Made by a program: the position numbers and the translations under genes. A stretch of DNA of 64,000 nucleotides. It comes from Callorhinchus milii. Lineage: Eukaryota. The DNA is taken from the NCBI RefSeq assembly GCF_018977255.1, contig NW_024704824.1, positions 124,001-188,000 on the forward strand, given 5' to 3'. This document shows, in pieces, positions 24,155-35,989 of the stretch. Below the pieces are notes generated by a model that worked only from the letters and a program-made list of their open reading frames with translations, was not told the origin of the DNA and did no database searches. Position 1 is the first letter of the stretch; the number at the start of each line of letters is the position of its first letter.

Positions 24155-25940
24155 CACTCACTCGGGCAGCGGAGTCAGGACAGCGCGGGGCTGAGCCGAG
24201 GCCTAATAGGGCAGCGGGTGTGAAGCCCAGAGAGGAGCCTCTCGCTGGGGGAGCGGAGTCAGGACAGCGCGGGGCTGAGCCGAGGCCTAGTGGGGCAGCG
24301 GGTGTGAAGCCCAGAGAGGAGCCTCTCGCTGGGGGAGCGGAGTCAGGACAGCGCGGGGCTGAGCCGAGGCCTAGTGGGGCAGCGGGTGTGAAGCCCAGAG
24401 AGGAGCCTCTCGCTGGGGGAGCGGAGTCAGGACAGCGCGGGGCTGAGCCGAGGCCTAGCGGGGCAGCGGGTGTGAAGCCCAGAGAGGAGCCTCTCGCTGG
24501 GGGAGCGGAGTCAGGACAGCGCGGGGCTGAGCCGAGGCGGAGTAGGGCAGCGGGTGTAAAGCCCAGAGAGGAGCCACTCACTCGGGGAGCGTAGTCAGGA
24601 CAGCGCGGGGCTGAGCCGAGGCCTAATAGGGCAGCGGATGTGAAGCCCAGAGAGGAGCCTCTCGCTGGGGGAGCGGAGTCAGGACAGCGCGGGGCTGAGC
24701 CGAGGCCTAGTGGGGCAGCGGGTGTGAAGCCCAGAGAGGAGCCTCTCGCTGGGGAGCGGAGTCAGGACAGCGCGGGGCTGAGCCGAGGCCTAGCGGGCAG
24801 CGGGTGTGAAGCCCAGAGAGGAGCCTCTCGCTGGGGGAGCGGAGTCAGGACAGCGCGGGGCTGAGCCGAGGCCTAGTAGGGCAGCGGGTGTGAAGCCCAG
24901 AGAGGAGCCTCTCGCTGGGGGAGCGGAGTCAGGACAGCGCGGGGCTGAGCCGAGGCCTAATAGGGCAGCGGGTGTGAAGCCCAGAGAGGAGCCTCTCGCT
25001 GGGGGAGCGGAGTCAGGACAGCGCGGGGCTGAGCCGAGGCCTAGTTGGGCAGCGGGTGTGAAGCCCAGAGAGGAGCCTCTCGCTGGGGGAGCGGAGTCAG
25101 GACAGCGCGGGGCTGAGCCGAGGCCTAGTGGGGCAGCGGGTGTGAAGCCCAGAGAGGAGCCTCTCGCTGGGGGAGCGGAGTCAGGACAGCGCGGGGCTGA
25201 GCCGAGGCCTAGAGCGGCAGCGGGTGTGAAGCCCAGAGAGGAGCCTCTCGCTGGGGGAGCGGAGTCAGGACAGCGCGGGGCTGAGCCGAGGCCTAGCGGG
25301 CAGCGGGTGTGAAGCCCAGAGAGGAGCCTCTCGCTGGGGGAGCGGAGTCAGGACAGCGCGGGGCTGAGCCGAGGCCGAGTAGGGCAGCGGGTGTAAAGCC
25401 CAGAGAGGAGCCACTCACTCGGGGAGCGGAGTCAGGACAGCGCGGGGCTGAGTCGAGGCCTAATAGGGCAGCGGGTGTGAAGCCCAGAGAGGAGCCTCTC
25501 GCTGGGGGAGCGGAGTCAGGACAGCGCGGTGCTGAGCCGAGGCCTAGTAGGGCAGCGCGTGTGAGGACCAGAGAGGAGCCTCTCGCTGGGGGAGCGGAGT
25601 CAGGACAGCGTGGGGCTGAGCCGAGGCCTAGTAGGGCAGCGGGTGTGAAGCCCAGAGAGGAGCCTCTCGCTGGGGGAGCGGAGTCAGGACAGCGCGGGGC
25701 TGAGCCGAGGCCTAGTAGGGCAGCGGGTGTGAAGCCCAGAGAGGAGCCTCTCGCTGGGGGAGCGGAGTCAGGACAGCGCGGGGCTGAGCCGAGGCCTAGT
25801 AGGGCAGCGGGTGTGAAGCCCAGAGAGGAGCCTCTCGCTGGTGGAGCGGAGTCAGGACAGCGCGGGGCTGAGCCGAGGCCGAGTAGGGCAGCGGGTGTGA
25901 AGCCCAGAGAGGAGCCACTCACTCGGGGAGTGGAGTCAGG
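24155..25940 (+). repeat. GC-rich 84-bp tandem array, about 21 copies
   Basis: Unit gggtgtgaagcccagagaggagcctctcgctgggggagcggagtcaggacagcgcggggctgagccgaggcctagtggggcagc; the 28-aa periodic ORFs confirm the 84-bp period. Confidence 0.97.
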
Positions 25941-27221
25941 AGACATCGTCACCGCCGATCCCGGCCTGCGGGCTGATGCCGTCCCGCTGATCGCTCGCTC
26001 CCGGTCTCTTTGTGCGCGTTTCGGCTGCCGCCCCGACCCGAGCCTCCACTCGCTATGTCTCCCCCCCACTCTACCCGCTGCTCCCCTCATCCGCATCCTC
26101 CTGCCTCTCGTCACCCTACGCCGCCCCTCACACAGGCTCCCCATCATCAGCTCCTACCGTGACCCCCATTCTACATTCCTTCCTTCCTCCCCATCCCTCC
26201 CTCCTCCCTCTCACCCGCCATCACTTCAATGAAACCCACCACCTGCTGCCGCGAACTCCCCCACCAACTTTCTGGTGACCAGCTCCCCCTCCTCTGCCCA
26301 CTACTGGCTGATAACATCAACCAGTCCCTCTCCTCTGGATCAGTCCCTGTCACCCCTCAAAACCGCTGTCATCACCCCCACATCCTCAAACCCCGCCCTC
26401 CCAAGATCCCTCAAACCCCCACCACCTGCCGCCCTATCTCTAACCTGCCCTTCCTCGCCAAAGTCCTCGGACGCGTTGTTGCCAATCAACTCCGCGCTCA
26501 CCTCTCCTCCCACTCTCCCTTCGAACCCCTCCAGTCCGGTTTCCGCCCACAGTACAGAGACTGTGAAAGTCTCAAATGACATCCTCTCCACCTGTGACCA
26601 GAGCTCCCTCAGTCTCCTTGTCCTCCTGGACCTCTCCGCCGTTTTTGACACAGTCGAACACGCCATCTTCCTCCACCGCCTTTCCTCCGTCACCCACCTA
26701 AGTGGGACCGCACTCGCCTGGTTCGAGTCCTATCTCACGAACCGCCAGCAGTACACCTGCACAAACAGCTTTTCCTCCCGCTCTCACCAGGTTACCTGCG
26801 GGTACCCCAAGGATCCATCCTTGGCCCCCTCCTCTTCCTAATCTATGGGGATGTCATGCGCAGACAAAGGGTACACTGCCACGTATATGCGGACGATATT
26901 TTTCCACCTCAGTTTACGACTCCCGGTCCCCTGATGTTCTGTCAGCCTGCCTGTCAAGACATCAGAGCTGGATGAGCGCAAATTTCCTTCAGCCAAATGT
27001 TGACAAGACGGAAGCCATAATCTTTGGCTCTCGTCAACGTCTAAAATCAAATGGTTCTCACCTCCTCCACCCACCCGACCTCCCCCTAAAACTCTCCAAA
27101 CCCGTATGCAACCTAGGCGTCAGGTTCAACTCCCACATCCGGTCCCTCACCAGCACCGCTTTCTTCCACCTCCGACCCATCGCCCATCTCACCAATACCT
27201 CACTTCAAAAGCTGCTGAAAC
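25940..27221 (+). mobile_element. L2 LINE (copy B), degenerate, endonuclease-less, 5' part
   Basis: L2-family 5' UTR (tgatcgctcgctcccgg...ggctgccgc), then [35 protein letters not shown]; ends at gctgctgaaac where L2-C is inserted. Confidence 0.85.
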
Positions 27222-28482
27222 AACAACAACAACAACAAGATTCCATTTATAAAGCGCCTTTCACGTCAGGAGGACGTCCCAAGGCGCTGCACAGTTGGGT
27301 CATGACCCGAGCAGGGGGGAAATGGTCAGGGTGAGGGGGAGGGAAGGGAGGGAGCGAGGAGGGGGAAGAGAGTCGAGAGGGGAGCTGAAGGCACGGTCAA
27401 AGAGAAAGGTTTTGAGACCGGCCTTGAAGGAGGAAAGGGAGGAAGCGGCGAAGGCACTGGGGGATGGAGTTCCAGAGCCTGGGGGCTGAGAGGCTGAAGG
27501 CCCGACTACCGATGGTAGGGCGTTGGGCGGGGGATGTGGAGCAGACCGGAGCCAGAGGAACGGAGGGTACGGGCAGGTGAGTAGGGGGATAGTAGGTTGG
27601 AGAGGTAGGAGGGAGCAAGGCTGTGAATGGCCTTGTAGGTGAGGATGAGGATCTTGAAATCAATCCTCTGGGGGATGGGGAGCCAGTGGAGGCGAGCGAG
27701 GGTGGGAGTGATGTGGTCCCGAAGCCTGGTGCGGGACAGTACACGAGCTGCAGAGTTCTGAATGACCTGCAGTGTGGAGGGAGGTGGCGGGAAGGCCGGC
27801 GAGGAAAGAGTTCCCATAGTCCAGCCTTGAGGTGACAAAGGCGTGAACCAGGGTTTCAGCAGCGTGAGGGGTGAGGTAGTGCCGTAGTCTGGCGATGTTC
27901 CGGAGGTGATGGAAGGCGGTGCCCGTTGTGGTGCGGATGTGAGGGAGAAAGGACAGCTCAGGGTCGAACAAAACGCCGAGGTTCCTGACCGTCTTTGAGA
28001 GGTGGAGAGTGCAGCCTTGGATGATGATGGTGTCAGCGCCTGAGGTGCGGAGGCGCTGACGTGAGCCAATCAGGAGGGCCTCGGTTTTTCGCACGTTGAG
28101 CTGAAGAAAGTTGTCTCTCGTCCAGGACTCGATTTCGGACAGACAGCTGTCAGGACATCGGTGGTCGTGGAGTTGAGAGTAGAGGAGGAAAGGTAGAGTT
28201 GGGTGTCATCCGCATACATGTGGAAGTTAACTCCATGTCTGCGGATGATGTCACCAAGGGGAGCATATAGAGGGTGAAGAGGAGGGGACCCAAGGACGAG
28301 CCCTGAGGACACCACATGAGACGTGCGGGGGTGGAGGAGAAGCCATTCGTCGAGACAAAGTGAAGACGGTGAGAAAGGTACGACCTAAACCATTCAAGGA
28401 CAGTGCCTGGAAGGTTAGGTGGAGGACAAGCGGTGGAGTAGGATAGCGTGGTCGACCGTATCGAATGCTGCTGATAGGTCGA
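27222..28482 (-). mobile_element. 3' half of L2-C, near-identical to 43574-44841
   Basis: [31 protein letters not shown] and (gtt)n tail; its 5' end is cut at TCGA 28479-28482. Confidence 0.92.
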
Positions 28483-28599
28483 CAGAATTAAAAACAGAAA
28501 CAGACAATTTATAATTGTTTTCACAATTGTATCTGTTGTCTATATTATGAAATTACAATAAACAAATAAATGGTTTATATCCTGAACTTGGATGCTCAC

Positions 28600-28909
28600 C
28601 GGGCTCCTTAAATATCTTTTTTCTGATGGGAGTCGGTATATCGTCATGGCTGACAATGCAGAAGTATACTTTTCCACCGGTCCAGTCTTGTGTAGAAATG
28701 TTTAGTTTACTGATCACTTCCTGAGGCCCAGTGGCAGATGGTTTTCCATATCCAGACTGTAAATGTGTCTGTTCTTGTGTCCAAGTCACGTTGACGTCAT
28801 GTGGTGCATTCGCCACGACACATGTCAGCGTTACAATGGGTTCCATCAAAACCTGTTTCGGTGAAGGCGGCAGGAAAGAGACCTTGACAGGTTCAACAGG
28901 CGGCACAAT
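28600..28909 (-). pseudogene. IGHM: IgM cluster 2 Cmu3 exon, +1 frameshift
   Basis: 310 nt against 309 in cluster 3. An extra base at ~28904 gives at tgt gcc gcc tgt TGA; otherwise it matches 60748-61056. Confidence 0.85.
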
Positions 28910-29604
28910 CTAGAAAAGGAAAAGAAACTTGAAACCCAAAGAACAGCCAATATCCAGGATTTCATATTTGATGAAGTTAAGCAATACTGTCCATGAATAT
29001 TCTCACGTTCTGGGTGAGCTGAACACACACCGCGGTTTCCTAACAGAATTATCAGTTGGTATTGAAATGATTTAATGGAAAGATGAACAATCTTTCTGAA
29101 ACACTGCGTGATATTTGGCCGATTGATTTCCAATTCCCTCCGACTGACAACAATTCAGCATTAAACATATACATTGGATGAGTTGTAACTCTGCAGTCTG
29201 CGATTCACTGCATATCTGCGCGGAGTGACCAAATTGACTGTTTGTGATCAGGAAGTTCAGTGAAAGTAGACGTGGAGGAAGAGGGTGGAATATGGGAATT
29301 ACAGCCACAGTCACGTGGACCTGTGAGAGATGCAGATCTCCCCTTGAGCAGCAGATCAGAAACAGAGCCACACAGTGCGGCTGCCTGGCCATCTCCTGAT
29401 AACACAGTGAGGATCGGGTACCGATTTCCTCATGTTGTACACATCCATAAACTTTGGTTCAAGGCTCACATGTGCATTGATCCCAATGAAATATACAAAA
29501 GGAGCTCAACCCAAAGTGCCCCAGAGCTCCCACAAGTGGACATTTGCAAGGAAACTGAGAGCCCTGTTGTTGGTGTGTGTATCAGCTGGTGCTGTGCCTC
29601 CTAC

Positions 29605-29925
29605 CTGGGTACTTGGTGATGTTCTTGACAGTGATGGTGTGGGAGGGCTGATGGGTCACCTTGCAGGTGTAAACCGAGTCGCTCTTCCCCTCTCTGGCGG
29701 TGACAGTCAGACGGCTGCTGGTGCTGAATGTCCCATTGTTTTCAACCGAGGGAGAGGTCACAACACCTGAGTGTATGGGCTGCCAGTCCTTCAGCCACTC
29801 AACACTGAGACTGTCCGGACGGAAACCGTATATGAAGCAGATAGCAGTGGTCGGTTTGTGCATTGCGATGTCCTCCGGGGAAAACTGTGTGAGGATAACA
29901 ACTGGGGGCAACGGTGACGGGAGAT
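29605..29925 (-). pseudogene. IGHM: IgM cluster 2 Cmu2 exon (open frame, orphan cluster)
   Basis: (D)LPSPLPPVVILT...TAICFIYGF...EWLKD...YTCKVTHQP...NITKYP; ag/gt intact. Confidence 0.9.
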
Positions 29926-30557
29926 CTGCAGGATATTGAAAAATAGGTTATGTTTTGTTCGATTGAAATATTTTTTGTGGTGCAATTGATATTCATATTG
30001 AAATAAACATTGATCTCAGTCACGGTTTGGAAACTCCTCTCTTATTGATTTAACTCTTTCAATCTTCCAACTATCTTTACAAAGATAAACATTGCAATGT
30101 TCTCAATCATTCCATCTGATATATTGCACTCGACTCTAAAGTGGGCTTAAAGTTGAAAACTCTTCTATTCTTCCCTGCCATGTTGCCTATCGTTGAGCAT
30201 TGCTCAATCCTTGCTCTCCAAAGCTCGCTCGCTCTCCTTCTCAGAGTCCCACCTTCCCTCTCTCTAGTTTGTGTTGTGTCTGTTTCTTGTCAGGCTGCTC
30301 CCCTATCTTCCCTGGTCCAACTGAACTGGTTGGAGTCCTTTCTATCTGTTCATTTGTGCCCATTATCTCCGGGTAACGCAGCACTTGGGAAATGAGGGTA
30401 ACATCATCAGGACATTGCAGATTCTCTGTGATGGGAGTGCTCACATAACCTGGTGAAGAAAAGTGACATACCCACACCTACAATGTTGAGTGTTCTACAC
30501 TGAATGATATGGCAGCAACATGTTTGATTGTTCTGTACGTTGGCGAACAACACTGAC

Positions 30558-30860
30558 CTGGCACGACGATTTCCACGGCTGACCAGGTATTGCTTTTATG
30601 TGCAACCTTACAATAGATGCTGCCCAGCTGGGATTCAGCGATTGTTAACTGGCTGCTCAGAGTGTAGAGACCGTTCTTGTTGAGCACTGAGGGATAAGTC
30701 TCGACTTGGTCAGTGATGGGATTTGTATTTGATCTCCAGGTGAAGATGGCGGGATCGGGGCTGTAGCTGGAGGCCAGACACCCAACAGTCACTGAGCCTC
30801 CAGAAGAGGATTGTCCACAGTATGGCAGCAGGGCGTAAAGACTGGGAGGAGTAGTTACAG
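30558..30860 (-). pseudogene. IGHM: IgM cluster 2 Cmu1 exon (open frame, orphan cluster)
   Basis: Near-identical to 58796-59098; no V, D or J upstream. Confidence 0.9.
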
Positions 30861-31051
30861 CTGGAAACCAAGAAGAAAGTTAGATTTGAGGTTCTGCTTT
30901 TCTGCAATTTGGTCAGACACACAGATAAACTAAAATAAACCTGTGACCCAAATCAATATTAGTATATATGCATTTATGTATCTCCATACGTGCACATAGA
31001 TATGTGTCTGTATGTGTGTGTGTGTATCTGTTTATGTCTCCTGTATGAGTA

Positions 31052-31356
31052 GAAGTCCTGTGGCTCAGTAGTTAGAGCACACGCCTCACAATCGAGAGAC
31101 TTGGGTTCGGTTTCCGTCAGGGTGAAACCTTGGGAACGTTTCCTTACCCCACCCGCCTGATAATGATGCCTCAAGAAAAAAAATAAAAATAAAATTGGTT
31201 ATTTCAATGCACGACTGTTTGTGGGAAACTCCTGTACCCAATTGGTTGCCGTGTTTATCCCACAAATATACAGTCAATTCATTTTACATTATACTGTGAA
31301 GCGCTTTTAGATGTCTCAAAGATTTGAAAAGCACAATATGAAATGCAAGTATTATA
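31052..31356 (+). mobile_element. tRNA-headed SINE with L2-type tail
   Basis: A box tggctcagtagttagagc, B box gggttcggtttcc, tail aaatgcaagtatt. Confidence 0.8.
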
Positions 31357-31846
31357 ATGTATACATGTATGTATATATGTGTGTATGTGTGTGTTTGAGT
31401 GTGTGTGTGTGTGGTGTGTGTATACACGGATTGAGGTGTTAAACCATCAATTCCACGTTAAAGATCTCACGGCACTATTCAAAAACAGAAGTCAGTATCT
31501 CTCTCTCTCTCCTGTTGTCCTGGTCAACAGTCACCTTTATAAAATTGACCAATCACTCTACGTGTGTTGGTGGGACATTATTTTGCTCAAACGGCTTCTG
31601 TGTTTTCCCACAAAGTACAGTCAATCCACATTACATTGTATCCTATGAAGCGCTTTGAGACGTCTCACCACCGTGATAGGCACTGCACCTAAAGCAATGA
31701 TTATTATGTTTTTTTTTGTGCGTGAGTGTGTGCGTACCTGTGTGTGCGTACCTGTGTGTGCGTACCTGTGTGTGTGTGCTGGCTGGAGTCGTGGCTGAGA
31801 ACAAGGCTTTCACAGATGACATTTAAGGAGTAAAGTATTCTTAATG

Positions 31847-32026
31847 AACATCTTCAAGGCTGAGACTGAGAGATTTTTAAAAAATAGAGGGATTAGCGGA
31901 TATGGGGATAGGGCAGGTAATTAGAGTTAGGTCTGAAGATCAGCCGTGATCTTATCAAATGGTGGGGCAGCTCGAGGGGCCGAATGGCCTACTCCTGCTC
32001 CTAATTCTTATGTTCTTATGTTCTTA
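31847..32026 (+). mobile_element. Short CR1 3'-end insertion
   Basis: ggccgaatggcctactcctgctcctaattcttatg(ttcttatg)n; shared with ~57610-57790 and absent from cluster 1. Confidence 0.85.
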
Positions 32027-33046
32027 TATAATGCACTTGTAATCTTTGTCACAGTTTTTGTGTAAGAAAAACTGTGTTTATTGCGATGTGTATCACCTGC
32101 CCAACTGGTCATCCACTTGATGATCTTGAGGAGGGCGGCGTTTCTCCAGCAGAGGAAAGGTAATGTGAAAGACACCCGGACATGGTGCAGAACAAAATTG
32201 TGTCAAATAACTGTGTAAACCGGGCAAGTTTCCTAACTCCACACTCCTAAAAATCATCCCTCAAAAACAAAACAACAATAAATTGGTCAAATGCAGGGAT
32301 TATTATTATTATTATTGTTAGAATAATGATCCTCTCAGAGTTTGAGAGGAGAGGTGAGAGTGGTGGGCGGAGCTTTCTGTAAGAGACAGTCGGAGCAGGA
32401 ATTTCTCTAATTGTTACTGAATTCTTGACAACAATGTTAGTCTGAATTTGTATTTCCAGAAAAAAATGGAGGCGCAGTTTCAGGATAAAATGAATCTCCG
32501 GATAGAGCTGAACTATCTTCCTGGGGGGTGGGGACCAGGAGCAGAATTGGCTCCAACGTAACATATTTGGCTCTTTAACTGTAAATCCGGTTAAAATTTC
32601 AGATCCCAATAAATTTGTTCAGCTGTGACTGTCAGTGTGAGAGAGAAACTGCTAATCTACACAGCAAAGCCTCCACTGCATCGACTGCGAAGTAGCTTCA
32701 AGTCACCACGTGACCAGTTTAAGTTTAGAAACACAGAGAGTCAGACAGTGTCCCTGTGATTATAATGTCATTCTAAACCCTCTCAGACTAAAATATTCAC
32801 AGTTCTTTCTCCGAGCAACAAGGCCTCAAAATGTAGGGTCCATTGTGGCTTTTTGAAAAGCAGCTGAAATTAAAATGTTGCTTAATTAATTAAATGTTAA
32901 TTAAAATGTTGCTTTGATTTCCAAATCTTCTGTTTAAGTTGCCAATAAATATTTATTTCAAGAATATTCATACCTCCGGATAATCTTATATTGTCATAAC
33001 AATCGTCTGAAAATTTAAACATTGAGACTTTTTGGTTCTGACATTC

Positions 33047-33071
33047 NNNNNNNNNNNNNNNNNNNNNNNNN
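33047..33071. other. Assembly gap (25 N)
   Basis: The paralogous sequence at ~56585 suggests the true gap is about 1 nt. Confidence 0.9.
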
Positions 33072-33212
33072 ACTAAAACAATTTATTCTGTTCAGATTGG
33101 TGACAGAATTGCCACAGACAGTTTCCCACCTGACAGCCACTGTGTTGGGGTGAAAAATGTATATTCCTGATTGTCTGAATCATGATGGATTACGGTCAAT
33201 ATTAACTCTTTC

Positions 33213-35720
33213 AGCCGCCTGACCCGGGAGAGTGGACTTGGATTAATTACTGGGAATATCAGTCAGCGTTGTGATCTCAGAGTCCCAACATGAACACACC
33301 ACCTGTTCTGGGAGTAAATCTCTGTGTTTGTGCTTTGTTGCTTGAGGAGCTTGCACCTTTCTGTGTGTAATTCTCTGTGGCCCATTGCACAGTCACACAA
33401 GTAACGTTGATCAGTAGGAAAGTCCCAGCATTAGATCTGATCAAAGCGCACAGGCTGTAGGGTATAACATTCAATGACTCGATATTCAGATCAATACAAT
33501 CAGAAACCAACAGATAATTCCCAGTGAAAAGCTTCTGTTTGACATTGAAATCCTGAACTGAAACAATCGGCTGCAGTGAGAAATGAGGAGCCACTGATTT
33601 CTGAATTCTCCTTTGGGCACTGGATCTGGAACCTGTATAAGGTCGACAAGAGCTGCGATCTTACAGCAAACCTGTCAGAGCACAACATAAATCTCAAACC
33701 TCGGGAAATAATCATTGTAACGACTGAAAAAACAACAGGACACAGAACAGCTCCGTGTGTGGCCACTTCACAAAATACTCAAATGGAATGTGAAGTAAAA
33801 TGGAAAAAAGTTATCTTTTTAAAATCAATGTATTTATGGTTGTTATTCCAGACACATTTTCATGAAAAGAACAAGTTATTTATTTGCTGAATTTGAGGAC
33901 AATCTTGGTGATCAGTAATTATCTAATTATCATCTAATTATCAGTAATAAAGTATTTTTCTACATTAATGTGTTTCGTGTTTATTGAGAGTCTGTCCCAC
34001 TCAGTAGATAATCGAGTTTCCTGTTACATTTAGGGAAAGGCCAAGGCCGCTGGAGCCGCAATGGCTTCTGTGGCAATTCTCTCTCAGACCATTTCTCAGC
34101 TTTGTCTCCATGTACCTTCATGTCCTGACTTATTAAATATCAGTTCTTCCCTCTTCCCAATGGCCCAAATAACTGTGTCTATGGCCTCATTAGGCTGTTC
34201 ATTCCTTATGTTCACAGTCTCAATGTGAAAACCGCACCAAGTGTTGGAGTACCTGAACAGTGGACAGTTAATATTGTGCAGTGCATCGCTGGTGTAATGT
34301 GGCACAGATATACAGCCTAATCACCCAGAGAATAATATGCAGTGCCTCTTACACTCAGCTTGTGATATCACTTCTTATTGCCCGGTTGACTTTGTCAACA
34401 CATTTTCTGCATCGTTTGTTGTATTCTTACATACACAATAATTAACAGGCGCTGACTTTACTCAGCAAACAATAGAAATGATGGAGAGTTCTCTGTCTTT
34501 ATATTTCTATATTGTTTGTGGTTTATTTTTGTTATTTGCTATTCAGGACTTCGAGTTTACAGGAAACGATTGTTTGTGGATGTGATGGAATAGTTCATGT
34601 TGCAGAACAGCTCATGAGCAAAATGCTAAACAAGTTACTGCTTTTTATATCTAAAGTCTTCTTGCTTGAAAGACGCTTCACACAGAATGATTCACGTCGC
34701 CTTCAGGTGGGGCAGAAACTCAGAGCACAACTGTCAGGAAGCAGCTGTGATTGTGTGCAGTCAGTCAGTGAGCAGCTTCCTGCTCTCACACCGTGGGGCC
34801 CACAGCCGGACCTTTCATACATTATTCCCCTTCACACCAACAGCAACAGCAGCTGTTGGGTCACCTCAAGTGGCTGTGATTGGTAATTCAGAGATGGCAG
34901 AATATAGTCATATTAATACATAAAACTCGTTCTATTTGGCAGTTTCTTTCACGTCTGGTGAACGTTTCTAAACACTTTGTATACTTCACTTTGAAATGTA
35001 GTGAAGTTCCCATTAAGTAACTTCTTTCAAGCACTTTCCTCTGCGATTTCCTTCATCCACAGTGACGCTGCTCCCTTTGCTCAGTGACAATCGCCTGTTT
35101 CATATCCCACTGCTCTATCTGCCCCACCATTACCATTAAACTCTCTGGAACTCACAGGCCTTTCGTGGCTTGTTTTCTTCTTCATTGAATAACGAGCTGT
35201 ACCCGTTGCAGCTTCACTTGCAACCAAAGGATCCAATATGGAATGTGGATTGACTCACAGACAGACATTTCATCTTAATCTCTACTCATCTGGGAGGCCT
35301 CCTGTGGGAGGACACCATTTGAGAGGACTGAGTTGGAGGACTCGGTACTATATAAATGTAATTTTGTTGCTGTTGCCGTGGCTTAGCTTCACCTGTGTCT
35401 TTATTTTGTTCCGGCCGCTTGGCTACGTACCTGATCTGTGGCGCTGAATGCCCCAGCGCCACGTACAGCCGGCGTGGCCACCAGGTGTAACTTCAGTGTG
35501 TTCGGTGGTACTCTGTGATACACGATCCCATGGCACCACTTTGACTCGGTGGCCACGAGGTATAACTACAGCAATCACACAAAACTGTAAATAACTTGTG
35601 AACGATACGAGGTACACAAAAACAAATCTGCCCATGTCACTCCCAGGGGCAATAACTTTCTGGTTCGGTATAAATCATGTATCTACGTCAATCAGTAAAA
35701 GGGATCCTTCTTGTAGCGAA
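33213..35720 (-). repeat. Cluster 2 upstream block, paralogous (inverted) to 48980-51465 and partly to 22470-24130
   Basis: Long collinear matches; the same spurious ORFs (e.g. ...QLMSKMLNK...) occur at 23.1, 34.5 and 49.8 kb. Confidence 0.88.
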
Positions 35721-35989
35721 GACAGACATTATCGTTTAATTATTATAATAAAGATAGAAGAATGGATGGATTTACATTTGTGTCATGAAATCTTCTGGTG
35801 TAATTCCTGAATCTACTGATAATAATATAATAATTATAATCTTTGCATTTGATATAGCGCTTTTCACGTCTTGTGGGCGAAACGCGACAGCCAATTGCGC
35901 ACTGCAGTGTCCCACAAACAGTCGTGGATTGAAAATGATTGTTTTTGGAGGAATTATTATTATTAGGCGTGTTAATTATCATAGAATCA

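Noticed and set aside
24155-25940. 84-bp array as a class-switch (S) region or as a repetitive protein gene
   Set aside because: It lacks AGCT density, its G-rich strand is the template strand for the neighbouring clusters, it is not in a J-C intron, and it is better explained as L2 5' sequence. The 100-300-aa ORFs on both strands only reflect a stop-free 84-bp unit.
24155-25940. CRISPR-like array
   Set aside because: The units are near-identical end to end with no unique spacers, and the context is eukaryotic.
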